Source: Harriotta raleighana (lineage: Eukaryota). Taken from it: a DNA stretch of 64,000 nucleotides. Below are positions 52,281 to 64,000 of this stretch, one piece after another (position 1 is the stretch's first letter; the number at the start of each line of letters is the position of its first letter). The stretch spans positions 599,024-663,023 of the forward strand of contig JBNZDD010013687.1 of the NCBI GenBank assembly GCA_050575255.1. The letters are read 5' to 3'. The notes under the pieces were generated by a model. It searched no databases and was not told where the DNA came from. It saw only the letters and a program-made list of their open reading frames with translations. A program made the translations under genes and the position numbers.

Positions 52281-53412
52281 CAATAGGCAAAATGGAGCAT
52301 GGATTCTGTTATTGAAAGCTTTCAATTTCAGTTCTCATTCTGGTTTGGGCATGGAACTCCCAGCAGGGTACTGCAGAGAGCAATCCTTCTTTTCTCAACT
52401 CACAATCGGATAAGAGGGAATGCAGAGAGTCAGAAATAACTCAGTTTCTGTAAAACTTCTTTGTCATTTGTTAGTGCCGTTTTTACCTCCTGTCTAGGTC
52501 TAATAACGAAAGACTAATGCTGACGTGTGCCCATGCTTAATCTTCAACCGACCCAACAGCATCGGCCAATGAATAGAACAAAGCCGTACAATGCAAAAGC
52601 TGGTGTTTGATTCCGTTTAAAGTATAGAGTAATGAAGAGGTGGAAGTCCGAAATTGTGGCAGATATTTTGCTTATTTATCTTGGCATCACATCTTACGGA
52701 CACTTTTTGGAACAGCAGCAATCACATTACAGCACATCTCAGGAGTAATCCTACAAACCTGACAGCTCATTAGCCAGCTTTAGGAAACCAAACTGCCTTT
52801 GAGGATTTCCACGGCCCCTTTATATTTTACACAGCGGCGGTAGTAAAAGCATACAAGACCTGCAGCTCGGAACGCAGAGCTCACAAAGCATGTTGTGTAC
52901 ACGCCTACACTCTTTGGGTGGGATTGGAAAGTCCTATACATATCATAAGAATGACAAACCCTTTCTCCTTCAGTCCATTTCCACTTCACAAGATGCCTGT
53001 TTCTGGAGGAGAAAATGGATTTCATCTGGAAAGCCCTCCTTTATAAACCAGCATGAGGCTATATTGTTTTGTCGCTAGCATCACCAGACACCCTGGCACT
53101 GTTAAACACAAGCTGTTGTGAAGAAGGGTGCAAATGACTATAATTCACCTCACACGACTAGTTACAGTTATTTTTATGGTTTTTTATTCCCTCCAATCGT
53201 ACTCTGCGTTCTATGCAACTGTATTCAGAACGTTAAAACGTCAGTCACAGAAGGGATATTTCTTAAAAGTTAAATGAAGTAATAATGAGAATTAGTCTGT
53301 CCGTTCCATACATTTAAACCCAGCTATTTTACCACTTTAGAGATTTTCTGTAGGATTATCAGGATACATATCTACCTTCCTAGGACACATCTGAAAAAAT
53401 GAGTATTTTATA

Positions 53413-53891
53413 AATAATAATAGTAGCAATATTCCTTCACATTTGATATAGTGCCATGTAGAGTCCTGTAGCTCAGTGGTTAGAGAGTTCGCCTTGCAAG
53501 TGAGAGACTTGAGTTTGATTCCAGGCAAGGTGAAACCTTAGGCAAGTTTCCTTGCTCCACATGCCTGATAATAATCTCTCAACAACAAAAGAAACAATAA
53601 TAAATTGGTCACTTCAATCAACGACTGTTTATTGGACATTNATAATAAATTGGTCACTTCAATCAACGACTGTTTATTGGACGCAGTTCACACATGGCCG
53701 CTGCGTTTTGCCTACAAATATACAATTAATTCACTTTACAGTATAACCTGTGAAGCTCTTTGAGACGTCCAGGAGATGTGAAAAGCGCTTTATCAAATGC
53801 AAGGGTTATTTTTATTATATATTCTTAAGATGTGTCAAAGTGCTTCACAGGATATACTGTAAAGTGGATTGACTATATTTTGTGAGCGAAA
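53413..53891 (-). mobile_element. SINE tail split by a younger SINE
   Basis: Left piece ccttcacatttgatatagtgcc (to ~53455) and right piece tcttaagatgtgtcaaagtgcttcacaggatatactgtaaagtgg (53819-53891) are consecutive parts of one reverse-strand tail. Confidence 0.75.
53460..53817 (+). mobile_element. tRNA-derived SINE, short subfamily, full length
   Basis: gagtcctgtagctcagtggttagagagttcgccttgcaagtgagagac head. Contains a 41-bp artefactual duplication around the N at 53641. Confidence 0.93.
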
Positions 53892-53990
53892 TATTTGAGT
53901 TCAGGCATTAACTCGGGTCTAGTGGAATTTTATTAGATTTTTGGTGTGTAAAATGTGTTTGTTGGAGAGTAGAATGTTGTACTGATTCTC

Positions 53991-54057
53991 TGAAGCGCTC
54001 TGAGACACCGTCCGGCGTGGAGGGCGCTATATAAATCAAAGTTGTTGTTGTTGTTGC
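53991..54057 (+). mobile_element. L2 3' tip (young family B)
   Basis: tgaagcgctctgagacaccgtccggcgtggagggcgctatataaatcaaagttgttgttg is almost identical to the end of the L2 at 63638-63945. Confidence 0.88.
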
Positions 54058-55117
54058 TGTCTGAGGTACGTCTTATTCAGCAGCTCAATGTGGAATCTGA
54101 TCTGGTGCTGTGGAGTCATGGATACAGTCAGTGCCATTTAAAAAGGGACAAATGAGTAGGTTATAAAACTGCTGAAATCAATTACATTATTTGACTAGTT
54201 TTGAGTATAATACTATTTCCTTCCAGCAAACAGCATATTCTACTCGAGAACCTGTATATTTGACAGTTTTAAGACTTCCTTCCCTTGGATTAGGCCAATG
54301 AAGCCTTTGACCTGAGATTATTCAAGGTCACTTGCAAATGGAGGCAGGAAAGTCACAGCGGATTTCACTGTCAGGGCTGGAAACATTCTGTCAGCCAGGC
54401 AGTCGACTCTCCCTAGACTACAAGTTGACCACTCATTGGGGCAGTGGTTTTCGATCCGTAAAATCAGAGCCCACTTTGCTCTTCAAGACTCTCTTTTTGT
54501 ACAGGCAGCAGATTTCCGCCAGTGGTGCCAACCCCAGTGCCTCTGCCATGTCACATGCTTCAAATAAATCCGAGGCATGGTCGTTTCATTTCATCTCTGT
54601 TTGCAAATAATCACTAGAAGGAAGTGCATCTCCCAAGTGGCAACCGAGAGATTTCAAATCTATATTGTCTTTTGCAAAATGACCGATGATCTCATTGTTT
54701 GGTCGCTCCCCAGTGCAGCTGCAGAGGATTGAACGATTCATCGGTTACTTATAGCAACTGTAATTTTCTGTTACAGTTTGTGGGGTGGTGCAGTCGGTCT
54801 GGAAAACTGAACAAAGCCAACGCATGGATCAGTAATACTTTGCACCCTCTTAGATTATTAGCAATGAGCAATTCATTGATAATCATCATACTTTGGTGTT
54901 TGCGCATTGAAGACGTATTTGCTTTTCTCACCCTTCTACCTTTAGATAATCCGTTGGAAAATTGTCCTAACCTCTTACATTTGCTCAAGTGCTTTGAAAA
55001 ACACTCCCAATGTGAAAGGCACCATGTAAATGAGAAATGTGAATTGTACATTCACAATTGATCAGTCTAATAGATCAATAATCCATACAAACAAGACTGT
55101 ATCAAACTCTACATAGT

Positions 55118-55380
55118 GACTGTACTTTGCAGATGAATGTCACAGTCAGTCTGTGCTCAGCAGTGCCCCATAAATAGCAATGAAGTGAATGACCAGAGAT
55201 TTGAGTGATTAGAAGCCAGGACATCAAGGGAAATGTCTATCTCTTTTTGAATAGTGCCATGAGATCTTTACTGTCCACCTTAACTTGTAAACAGGATTTT
55301 AGTTAATCTGAACTAAGGCATCTCCGATAATGCAATACCTCCCCTGGAGAGTCAACTTGGACTGTAAGTTCAAAGTTCCA
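55118..55380 (-). mobile_element. degraded Deu-SINE
   Basis: ctctttttgaatagtgccatgagatctttactgtccacct and ggcatctccgataatgcaatac match the reverse complement of the Deu core. Confidence 0.7.
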
Positions 55381-56089
55381 GGTGAGGTAATGAGCAGGTG
55401 ATGGAGTTGGTATTCTGGAAGAGTGAGGTCAGGTGGATAGAGGTCTTTCTTTGTCTCTGCCTTGCTTGTGATGTGAAAGCTATTTCAAACATAGTTTCGC
55501 AGCAATGTAATTTTATTATCACAGCGGCCACACCTAATCCATTCATCCCAAGGTTAGAGGAAAGGAAGCCAAGTATAGGAAGAGCAACATGTTGGGCTCA
55601 GCTCCTAACCTTGAATGGAATTAGCAGTTTGAGCATTTTGCTATGTCCATGTAAACGTTATTCAGATTACCACTTTAATATGAAGGCAGGCTACTCAAAA
55701 GGCTGGTCTGATTACCATCCCAAGAATTATCTGTACATTATTTTACAGAATTGTCTTCTAATTATTTTCATATTCGGTGGACAACATCTGTTACAATAAA
55801 TATATTCTTTATATTCTTCACAGTGTTGTTTTTGGAGGATTGTACAATAACTGGGGAGAAATACCAACCTCATGACACATTCCACTGCAGAACGTAATAA
55901 CCAACAAAAAAATGTTCCCATGTATTGTAATCAGTGGAATAACACAGTAAAATGTATCTTGATGAACTTCCCACACTTAACTCTTGGAAGGTGAAGGCAC
56001 ATTGCAGAGAACGTAACAGAGAAAGTTTGTCTTGTGTCAATTACATCTCCTTTCTTCCCTCCTGCAGTCACTGACTGGCTGGTTGGTGT

Positions 56090-56382
56090 ATGGTTTCAAA
56101 GGCTCCAGCATCCCTTCGATAACTCGTGGCAAGTGGCTTTTCTCAATGTATGAGCCGAGATAACAATTGTTGACAGGCAATTCAACTACAAAGCGTATCA
56201 TAGCCCAGCCCTGATGCTGTCCTCACCCAATGTCCAAGCATGCATTTCAGCTGCAGTCACTGAATAGTGACCAGGAATGACTAGCTGGCTGATGTTTTTT
56301 CCTTCCCCGCCCTCTCTGAAGAAGATGCATAAAATGATGGTAGCAGCGCTGCTGACACAGCACAAACCAAGGCTTGAACGTA
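56090..56382 (-). mobile_element. LF-SINE-like element (best-preserved copy)
   Basis: caagtggcttttctcaatgtatgagcc...gacaggcaattcaac...ctgatgctgtcctcacccaatgtcca...gtcactgaatagtgaccagga...ggctgatgtttttcc...cagcacaaaccaaggcttgaac. Confidence 0.72.
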
Positions 56383-57614
56383 CCACTTTGTGTTTCTAAA
56401 AAGAACACATTTTAATGAATCCTGCAGAGCCCTCACATAATCATTTCGTCAGATAAATGATGGAACAGATGATACAGGTACTGGAAGCTCAGAAGATCCA
56501 CTTGAATTGTGTACATTTTAATATGAATCTCATTGGGATTACGATTAATAGATCTTGTTTATTAATTTTCCTCCAAGAATATAGTCTGCTTTTGCAAATC
56601 TTCTGCTGAGAATCAAAAATCTCCCAAATATGTAAATAAATGAACAGTGTCCAAGGAAATATTCTATTCAGGTTCTCCCAAGTCACTACATCAGAATTTG
56701 CCTGAAGAAAATTGCCAATGGGGAGAAAAAAAGGCATTTCTGACTACCTACTCAAATATTCCCCTTTTTCCTTTTTTTTGCAATGGATCAGCATTACAAA
56801 TAGGTAAAGTATATCAAAATCAGCTAGTGGAAAATTTAGGCTATTGAGGTTAACAAAAGTAACATCTTGCATTTGAATAGGGTGTTTCACAGCAAGACAG
56901 ACAAGCATTTAGTTGGGTGAGAACCATCAACATACATTAGCAAGAAAGAGCAAGTTAGAGATAGGGTGGTTATTTGAGAAGAGAGGTTGTTTGACAAATG
57001 ACATTTCTTGAGGAGCGGAAACAGCTGACAACATCAGTGAGCATGGGGCCAAGAAAGGTAGTTGAATAGGCAGAAGATTCAAGACAGGGTCATCTGGGGG
57101 TGGAGGAGAAGGAGATTGAAAGCAGTGGTTGTTGGTGAATATTAAAAATCTACAGAATATCATGTGTAAAAGCGTTGCAAAAAATAATTAATAATAAACC
57201 TTCAATTTGATATGGTGCATTTCAATTTGGAGGACTTCTCAAAATGCTTCGCAGGATATATTATTGGGCGAATAGGTGATGGAAAATGATGTATACTCAG
57301 AGAACAGCCAGGAAATTCAATACCTGAACAATTTGAGTAAGACAATCATAATGCACACAGTAATTTAGTTACAAAAGAAGTCGAGAAATTAAAGTTTGAC
57401 GTGAAAAAAGCAATGTGGTTTTGGTCAATTCCGCAGTAGAAATGAGGGAAAGATGCTTTGTCAAGGAATTTCCATTACCTCAGAGTTCCCTGCCAATTTT
57501 TAAACTGTTTGTCGGAAATGAGGATTTGTTTAAAAAATGAACCCCTTCCCTCTGGGATGCTGATTGATCTGTAACTGCTGTAATCATGCAATAGTTCTCA
57601 TAATGCATTAGTTC

Positions 57615-57914
57615 TTCCTGGCAGGGCAAAACGTTAGGGCACTTTTCCTTACTCCACATGCCTCTGCTTACCTAGGAGTAAGAAGGAACCCCGGTTGTTA
57701 GTCGATTGGCGGATTGCTTTTCTGGGGATAATAATAAAAAATCACTCAATCCACAGCTGTTCGTAGGACACTGCTGTGCACAATTGGCTGCTGTGTTTCA
57801 CCCACAAAATATACTGTCAATTCACTTCACAGTATATTCTGTGAAGTGCTTTGAGACAGCTCGAAGATGTGACAAGACTCTAATTCAAATGCAAGGGTTA
57901 TTATTATTATTATT
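57615..57914 (+). mobile_element. tRNA-derived SINE, long subfamily, head truncated
   Basis: ttccttactccacatgcctctgcttacctaggagtaagaaggaaccccggttgttagtcgattggcggat followed by the standard body and tail. Confidence 0.88.
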
Positions 57915-60554
57915 CTTCACTCAATGAAATGATGTGCACAATGCTTATTTCAGATAACAGGATATTTAAATAGACTGAGATACAGTCATTTGTTTCTAAA
58001 GTGGACAGTGATCCCTTATGTTCCCTTTGTCAAATGAAAACATGAATTTCCAATTTTTATTGGTATTTGGGAGATATTCTTTATAACTGAATGTGTCTAA
58101 AATTAAACCTGTCCAAGTTAACAAAAATGCTCCAGTGACATTATGTATCAGGAAAATATGTCTGGCAGATGATGTCAGTAAAAGTTCAATTCTTTCATAG
58201 TAACTTGATCTTGATAAGTTCTGACTCACAGATTTATGGTTAAAGGAGGTGGAAATGAAGATTAGAGTCTTTTGGCTGTACATAGTGGTTTTCCCATCTT
58301 GTAGATAGGAATTAGAGTGTTTTGCGAAAGTAGTGTGGGTTGCTCCATCATTGCAGAGCCGTGTTAATCATGATTTGTATCATGATTTCATTCTTTGTTT
58401 CTTGATTAAAACACAAACTTGAGCTAAGAGAATACATTTGAGACATTGAAAGGTGTAAAAATAATCGGTAATCAAGATCCATAAATGCGGTTAAGATAGT
58501 TAGATTTCTCATTTGCTATCCGAACGAGAATTTTGTTGTTGATGTTGTATACAGTACTGTATAAGTGTTCTGTGTAGCTCTAGTTTTATTGTAACAAATA
58601 AACTGTAGCAAAATCTGTTCATGCTTAGTTTGTTTGCATCAGCCATGTGCCATTTCTTTGATATTTTGCAATCATACAGTATAATGCTGTCACATATTAG
58701 TAACAGTATTTGCTAACACCCCTATGCTAAATTATCTCAATTAAAAAAAAAACTTTTTCTACAAATGGACGCACTTTAAAGCTAGCATTGAGGGTACCAT
58801 ACTTTACTGGTGCCGTGAGGCTCTAAACAACAACAACAACATTACATCAGCATAAAACTAGAAGACCGACCAAAGAAATAAAAAGCAAAGCAAATGGTTT
58901 TACAAACTGCATTAGATTGATTCAAAGATTAAAGCGTCCCTTAGAAACAGAAGAGAGAAATGGAAAAGTGATTTGAGAGGAGGGAGAAAACATGGCAGCA
59001 GATGGCTGTAAAATAAATGAGAAGAAAATTGGGGCACAAGGGATGTTAACATTAATGACATTTCCATTGGTTGAACCTTCCTTCACTCATCAACACAGCC
59101 AAGGATAGCCTGGTGGACTTTAAGGGAGAAGGATTTTAATGCTGGGCCTCAAAATGAATATGAATAAAAGCCAGGTACTCCACTTATGATGGGATGCAGA
59201 CCGTTCAATATAATTTATTTACACTAGCCAAATAGTGTGGAACACTGCCCTAATCGTCTCATCAACCACCACAGGTTTACATCAGAAAACCTTGTACTTT
59301 GGTAATTCTGTCACAGGCAGCCAGCTTTCATTGTTTAATCTCTGTGACTCACTACACAGCAGAAATGTTTCAACCTTGAACAGGAGTGTCGAAAACTAAT
59401 CCATTGCCAGAACTTTGTGCAGTCTCCTGAGTATGATCGCGCTGACCACTCCTGTAGGTAGAAGAATCCCCTTGAGAAATGGTTTCTGAGCACTCTGTTC
59501 CCACTTCTCCAGGAAGGGAAGTCCTGGGGGGATGGATCCCAAGAGAGAGCAACAACCAGAATCACTATTTCCAGTTCTACCTCCTCACTCACCCACCACC
59601 ACCTCCGCCACCCCACAATCACATCCTGTTTTTGAAATTACAATGTTTTCAAATGAATAATTCCCTTGTGGACCTCCTCAGTCTGATTCGCTTCAGTTTA
59701 AGATGGAATGATTCATTGCTTCCTGAAAATGTCGTATATGAAGCCCACCTCTCTCCTACACTCCCTCCCAAAAGGGTTTCAATATCTTGTTGCTCAACCA
59801 GGCTTGTCCTCTCTGTCTGGTGTTCCTTCTATTCTGCATACTGAAGGAGCCCTCGTCACCCCTTTCATGTAGCTTTTCCACAGCTGCAGCCATGCCAACT
59901 CCAATTGATCAGCCCACAAATGCCCCAGAGAGAAGTCAACATACAGATGTTGAAGTCATGCAGTCCACAGTTATCCCGGAGGTGACTACAGCTGTTCCAC
60001 TTGCCTGCCAAGTCAACTCCCCTCTTCCTCTCTTCTTCCCTCCCCAAGCAAGGATAAGTTCAGAAACTGCATCAAAATAACCCAAGCCAAGAATTGAAAT
60101 GCTGCATTGTGAATAATTGTAAGCTGAATGATAAGTGATTTTGATCAATGTATTGAGATTTGCTTGAATTTATTCTTCTGCTGATTTATATTTCCGTAAA
60201 CCTTTTTTTAGACCTTTGCAATTTAGAACAAATAGTACATACAGGTGATTGTGAAAGGCCATCTGGAACTGTTGAACCAAACATAACTGAATATGTTGGA
60301 GAGTGCATTCCTTTAGCAAACAATGAATTGGAGATGCGTGAAATGCATTGGTTCCATGCTCTGAAATCCACCAAACGTGACATTAAATTTGCTTGGTTTA
60401 GGCTCTTGTTCCTGATGCCACTTCTGCGTTGCTCTTCCTTCACAAATCCTTTCTATTCTACCATGCTTCAACCACGAGGATCAAATTCAAGATTCTCTCA
60501 CTTATTTTTAAATCCCTTTTTTGCTCTCGCACCTCCCACCTAATCTGATCTGCT

Positions 60555-60830
60555 TTCCCCCACTCCACTACCCATTGCCTCAGCTGATGCTGGCTCCGGC
60601 CTCCTGTTTGTCTCTCTTCTCCTACACTCCACCATCGGTGACCGGCACTTCAGCCATTATGTCCCGAAACTCTGGAACTTTCTCCCTCAATTCTGCTTCC
60701 TTGTCCCATCCCTCCCTACTTTCAAATCCCACCTAAAGTCCTTCCTTTTTAATCATGCTTACAGTCACCTCCCCACTCTCTTTCTCTCCTTGGCTCGGTG
60801 CCAACTCCATCCATTGTCAAATGCTCCAGG
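60555..60830 (+). mobile_element. L2 LINE 3' fragment
   Basis: ccaccatcggtgaccggcacttcagcc, ctctggaactttctccct, ttcaaatcccacctaaagtccttccttttt. Confidence 0.8.
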
Positions 60831-61420
60831 AAGCGAACCCAAGCCGTTACACGAGTTCACATGACACAGCCTCAAGTTTGTCTTCAAACAAAAATGTGTA
60901 AATGCAAATGGCATAGTCTGCTGGAGATGATACTATCTCTAGTGAGGATTCAGGACAGTCTCTAACACAAGCTGCTTCTGGAGTTTCCAGTCCTGAGAAA
61001 AAACACTCATTAGATATGGCACTCGTGCCCCTTTTGATGCAGTATCAGAACTCAGCCTGGTCTTTACATGTTTGAAAAATAGTTTTGCAATTACACTCGA
61101 ACCTGAACTTCACAATATTAGTCATATGTAAAGTAGAAAATAACAGCAGACTGTGATAATGGTTTTGCTAAATTTCTATGAGAAGGAGTAACAGAATTGA
61201 CCTTGCAGCTGTAAAAATAGCAATCTTAACTGGGTAACATAAGAAAACAATATGATATTGTCAAAGACAATTCAGCTCATTACGCTTAACCCACAGATCA
61301 AGCAACACTTAAACAATCAGCAATGTTTCAAAATGTATATATTTAACTGTGATTTCGGCCGTCTTTCTCATTTCCCATCCCTCTCAGCTCCCACCCCCAG
61401 TTTAATTGATGCACTGTGAA

Positions 61421-61467
61421 TGTGCTTTGGGACATCCTTGTGACATGAAAGGCACTATATAAATGTA
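61421..61467 (+). mobile_element. L2 3' tip
   Basis: gtgctttgggacatccttgtgacatgaaaggcactatataaatgta. Confidence 0.7.
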
Positions 61468-63232
61468 CCATGTTACGACTTCACTCCACCCATTCAAACC
61501 CCTAAGGGAAAATTCTGTTATGTGTATAATCCTTTCACTTGATATGTATAAATATTTGACTTGATGTCCAACCTCACTACTGTACAGCAATCTATTACAC
61601 TATCCTGTGTTAATATCACAGGATCAACTTAAAATCGAGTTGATCTGTGGCTGGGTCAGTTATCTGGTTTCTGTGCCAGGCAGTTCAGAATGAACCAGCC
61701 AGGTAAGTTAGGGTTTAGATAAATAAGGTGTATTCCTCCGAGGATAGAATGAACACAACATAGCAGACAAATAAAATTTTTGAATGCATGTGTAAAGCTT
61801 TCAATAGGACCCTTAGTGGTGGGTTTGCACTTGTATCAGATACCCGACTGACTGAAACCCTGTGTAGCGCTAAAGATTTTCATTTTCCCTCCACCTTGTC
61901 TTTCCCTTTAAGTTATTTGCTATTAAGCCCTTATTTCACTGTATTAAAGTCCTTCCAGCATTATTGCTGATGACCAGAAATTTTTTTCGGACTTATTGAG
62001 ACCCATCACAGTGCTTGAGAGATTTCCAAGCTGAGATTTCCGTGCATCACTCCGACATATGGAATTCCCAGAGAAAGATTGTTGGAATGGAATGCACAGT
62101 CTCTCCCTTGAGGGACGTATAACTGGGGAGGTGTGATTACCCAATTCCCAGAAGTTTTAGGCACAGGTTGGCAACAGCCAATGCTTGGGAACCATACAGC
62201 GTGCGTTGGGGTACTGTCGGAATCTAACCAGCTACAATAGCATAGACTTGGATGATTTGTAGACTGAAGCAAAGCTTTCGCCTTCCTTTGTAGAGTTTGA
62301 GAACTGAATGCAGCATTAACGTGCTGTCTCCCCAGCAGATGGCCTGCTAAATGTAAGCCAGGCCTGATTCCTACTTGCGGCGATATTCAAAATGGCAATG
62401 GCCCACAGCCCAGGGGGTTACCTGACCAATGCTGAGTATCAGTAGTGGCATCTAGAATGATTTATTTACCCAAAAGTGACCTCCCATGACTGATGAACAA
62501 AGCATTGAGGTAGGACATTACTGACAGATTAAAAGTTTCACTTTATTTTTTACCGCTTTCTGATCTGTTAATAAATACAGTACCATGGCTTTTATTCCAT
62601 TTCTGTCTCCCACTTTGTTAGTGTGTCTCTGGAGGTATCAAGTCTTTTTGTTTAAGGATTATATAGTATTTCTCAATATAAATAATCTTACCCTAGAGAC
62701 CGATGGTATTTACAGTGTGTGAAGTGCAATTGCACCCAATAAATTCTTCTTTTTTTTTAGTTCATTGGGAGTTCATGTGGATTTTAATCCAATATTCTCT
62801 GTAATTTGACTGCCTTATGTTACATTGATTAACTAGCCTCTTGTGGAGTTATTATTTGACCTGGAAGAACCATTGCATGCCTCATTTACTGGCTATTTCC
62901 TTGCAGCAGTAGCAGAATGAATCAACCTGTATTTGATCAGAAATGCTAGTCCGAGTTAATTAAGATGGTTGAAATATTCTATTTGGCTGACACTGATCGC
63001 ATAGCATGACCACTGAAAATAGGAACAGGTCAATTCACTACCGGTAACTTGGTTTTCTTCTGAATTTGTTAAGACTCTCAAGAACCTTGCCTCCTCCTTT
63101 ACCATCACTCGAACAAGCCTTTATTTGGAATGAGAATGATTTATTCCAACTGATTTTATGAGGGAATCTAGTTGCTCCAGACATTTCTTCCATTAAACAG
63201 TTTTGGTAATGAATGTTCAGTTTATGATATTT

Positions 63233-63301
63233 AACAACAACAAAAATAACAACAAAATTACACTTGTATACCACCTTTCATGTCAGGAGGACGTCACAAG
63301 G
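63233..63301 (-). mobile_element. L2 3' tip
   Basis: Reverse complement: ccttgtgacgtcctcctgacatgaaaggtggtatacaagtgtaattttgttgtt. Confidence 0.75.
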
Positions 63302-63637
63302 TGGACAGACAATGTTTCAGACCCGAGCTGGAGACAGAGATTGTGGAGGGAAAGGGAGGCAATTGGAGTGGCCAATGGAGCTGTCGAAGAGGAGTGATAA
63401 ATCACTTACAAAGTGATAAACATAATTGTCAGTCTATAAATTCAGACTCAGTCTCTGTTGATCCTGAAACAACAAATCAGCACAGACCCAAATCCCATGG
63501 AACAGGATAACCCCAACTGTGAATTGCTCAAATGTACCGATAACACTTTTTTAATTTTGTGATACTTCCAAAGAGACAGCATCCTGAGAACTCACACAAC
63601 GCTCATTCATCTCAGGACCAAGCGTACAACAAAAGGT

Positions 63638-63945
63638 ACAACAACAACTTTGATTGATATGGCGCCCTCCACGCCGGACGGCGTCTCAGAGCGCTTCACA
63701 ATAGCAGATCCCAGGACTGGGGCAGAGGTAGAAAGGTGACCAAAGGCGAGGTCGAAGAGAAAGGACTTCAGCTGGGACCTGAAAGTGGGAAAAGAGGGGC
63801 GAGGTGAAGGGAGAGAAGAAGGAAATTCCAGAGTCTTGAGGGTGGAGTGGAGGATTCGGGGGATATAGAGGAGGCCAGACCCGGTGGAGCGAAGGCAACT
63901 GGTTTGAGGAGAGAGGAGGTCAGAGAGGTAGGTACCTTTTCTGTA
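63638..63945 (-). mobile_element. young L2 LINE 3' fragment (family B)
   Basis: Translates TYLSDLL...LRSTGSGLLYIPR...FRSQLKSFLFDLAF, CpG-rich, with a stem-loop plus (GTT)n tail. Confidence 0.9.
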
Positions 63946-64000
63946 AGGGCACCATTCCATGCTGCTTGGATCACTTTGATCATAGGCAGTAATACAACTT

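Noticed and set aside
53597-53682. 41-bp duplication inside a SINE
   Set aside because: It straddles the N at 53641 and is absent from the other copies.
58548-58563. 16-bp palindrome tatacagtactgtata and scattered TACAGTA/TACTGTA motifs (Tc1-type excision footprints)
   Set aside because: A rough count is close to chance expectation for AT-rich DNA and several lie in SINE tails. It would need a proper k-mer test.
62331-62346. CTCF-like motif ccagcagatggcc
   Set aside because: A single partial match, possibly within a decayed repeat, with no supporting context.
62581-62605. atggcttttattcc, reminiscent of miR-135
   Set aside because: The match is partial and I see no complementary arm for a precursor hairpin.
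1-64000. Prokaryotic-type systems (operons, CRISPR arrays, defence loci) or viral inserts
   Set aside because: There are no long ORFs and no regularly spaced repeat-spacer arrays. The content is typical vertebrate non-coding DNA.

Overview
AT-rich, repeat-dense, essentially non-coding vertebrate DNA, either intronic or intergenic. The repeat mix (tRNA-Ala-headed SINEs, Deu-domain SINEs, LF-SINE-like copies, CR1 and L2 LINE fragments, Penelope-type remnants, one hAT MITE) suggests a cartilaginous fish, plausibly a chimaera such as the elephant shark. That is an inference from remembered repeat consensus sequences, not a search result. I recognise no host protein-coding gene. The only ORF-track entries with recognisable protein similarity are decayed CR1/L2 ORF2 pieces, and the 330-360 aa ORFs are N-gap artefacts. 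The most interesting signals are: (1) two ~105-bp elements, each flanked by a target-site duplication (TSD), that consist of a minimal hammerhead-ribozyme motif plus a short tail; (2) one 3' stem-loop architecture kept by compensatory changes across a SINE family and two L2 families; (3) many ultrashort insertions made of only that stem-loop plus a (GTT)n tail. Several nested insertions, weak candidate exons and three assembly-overlap duplications are also recorded. Boundaries of old repeats are approximate (about +/-20 bp).
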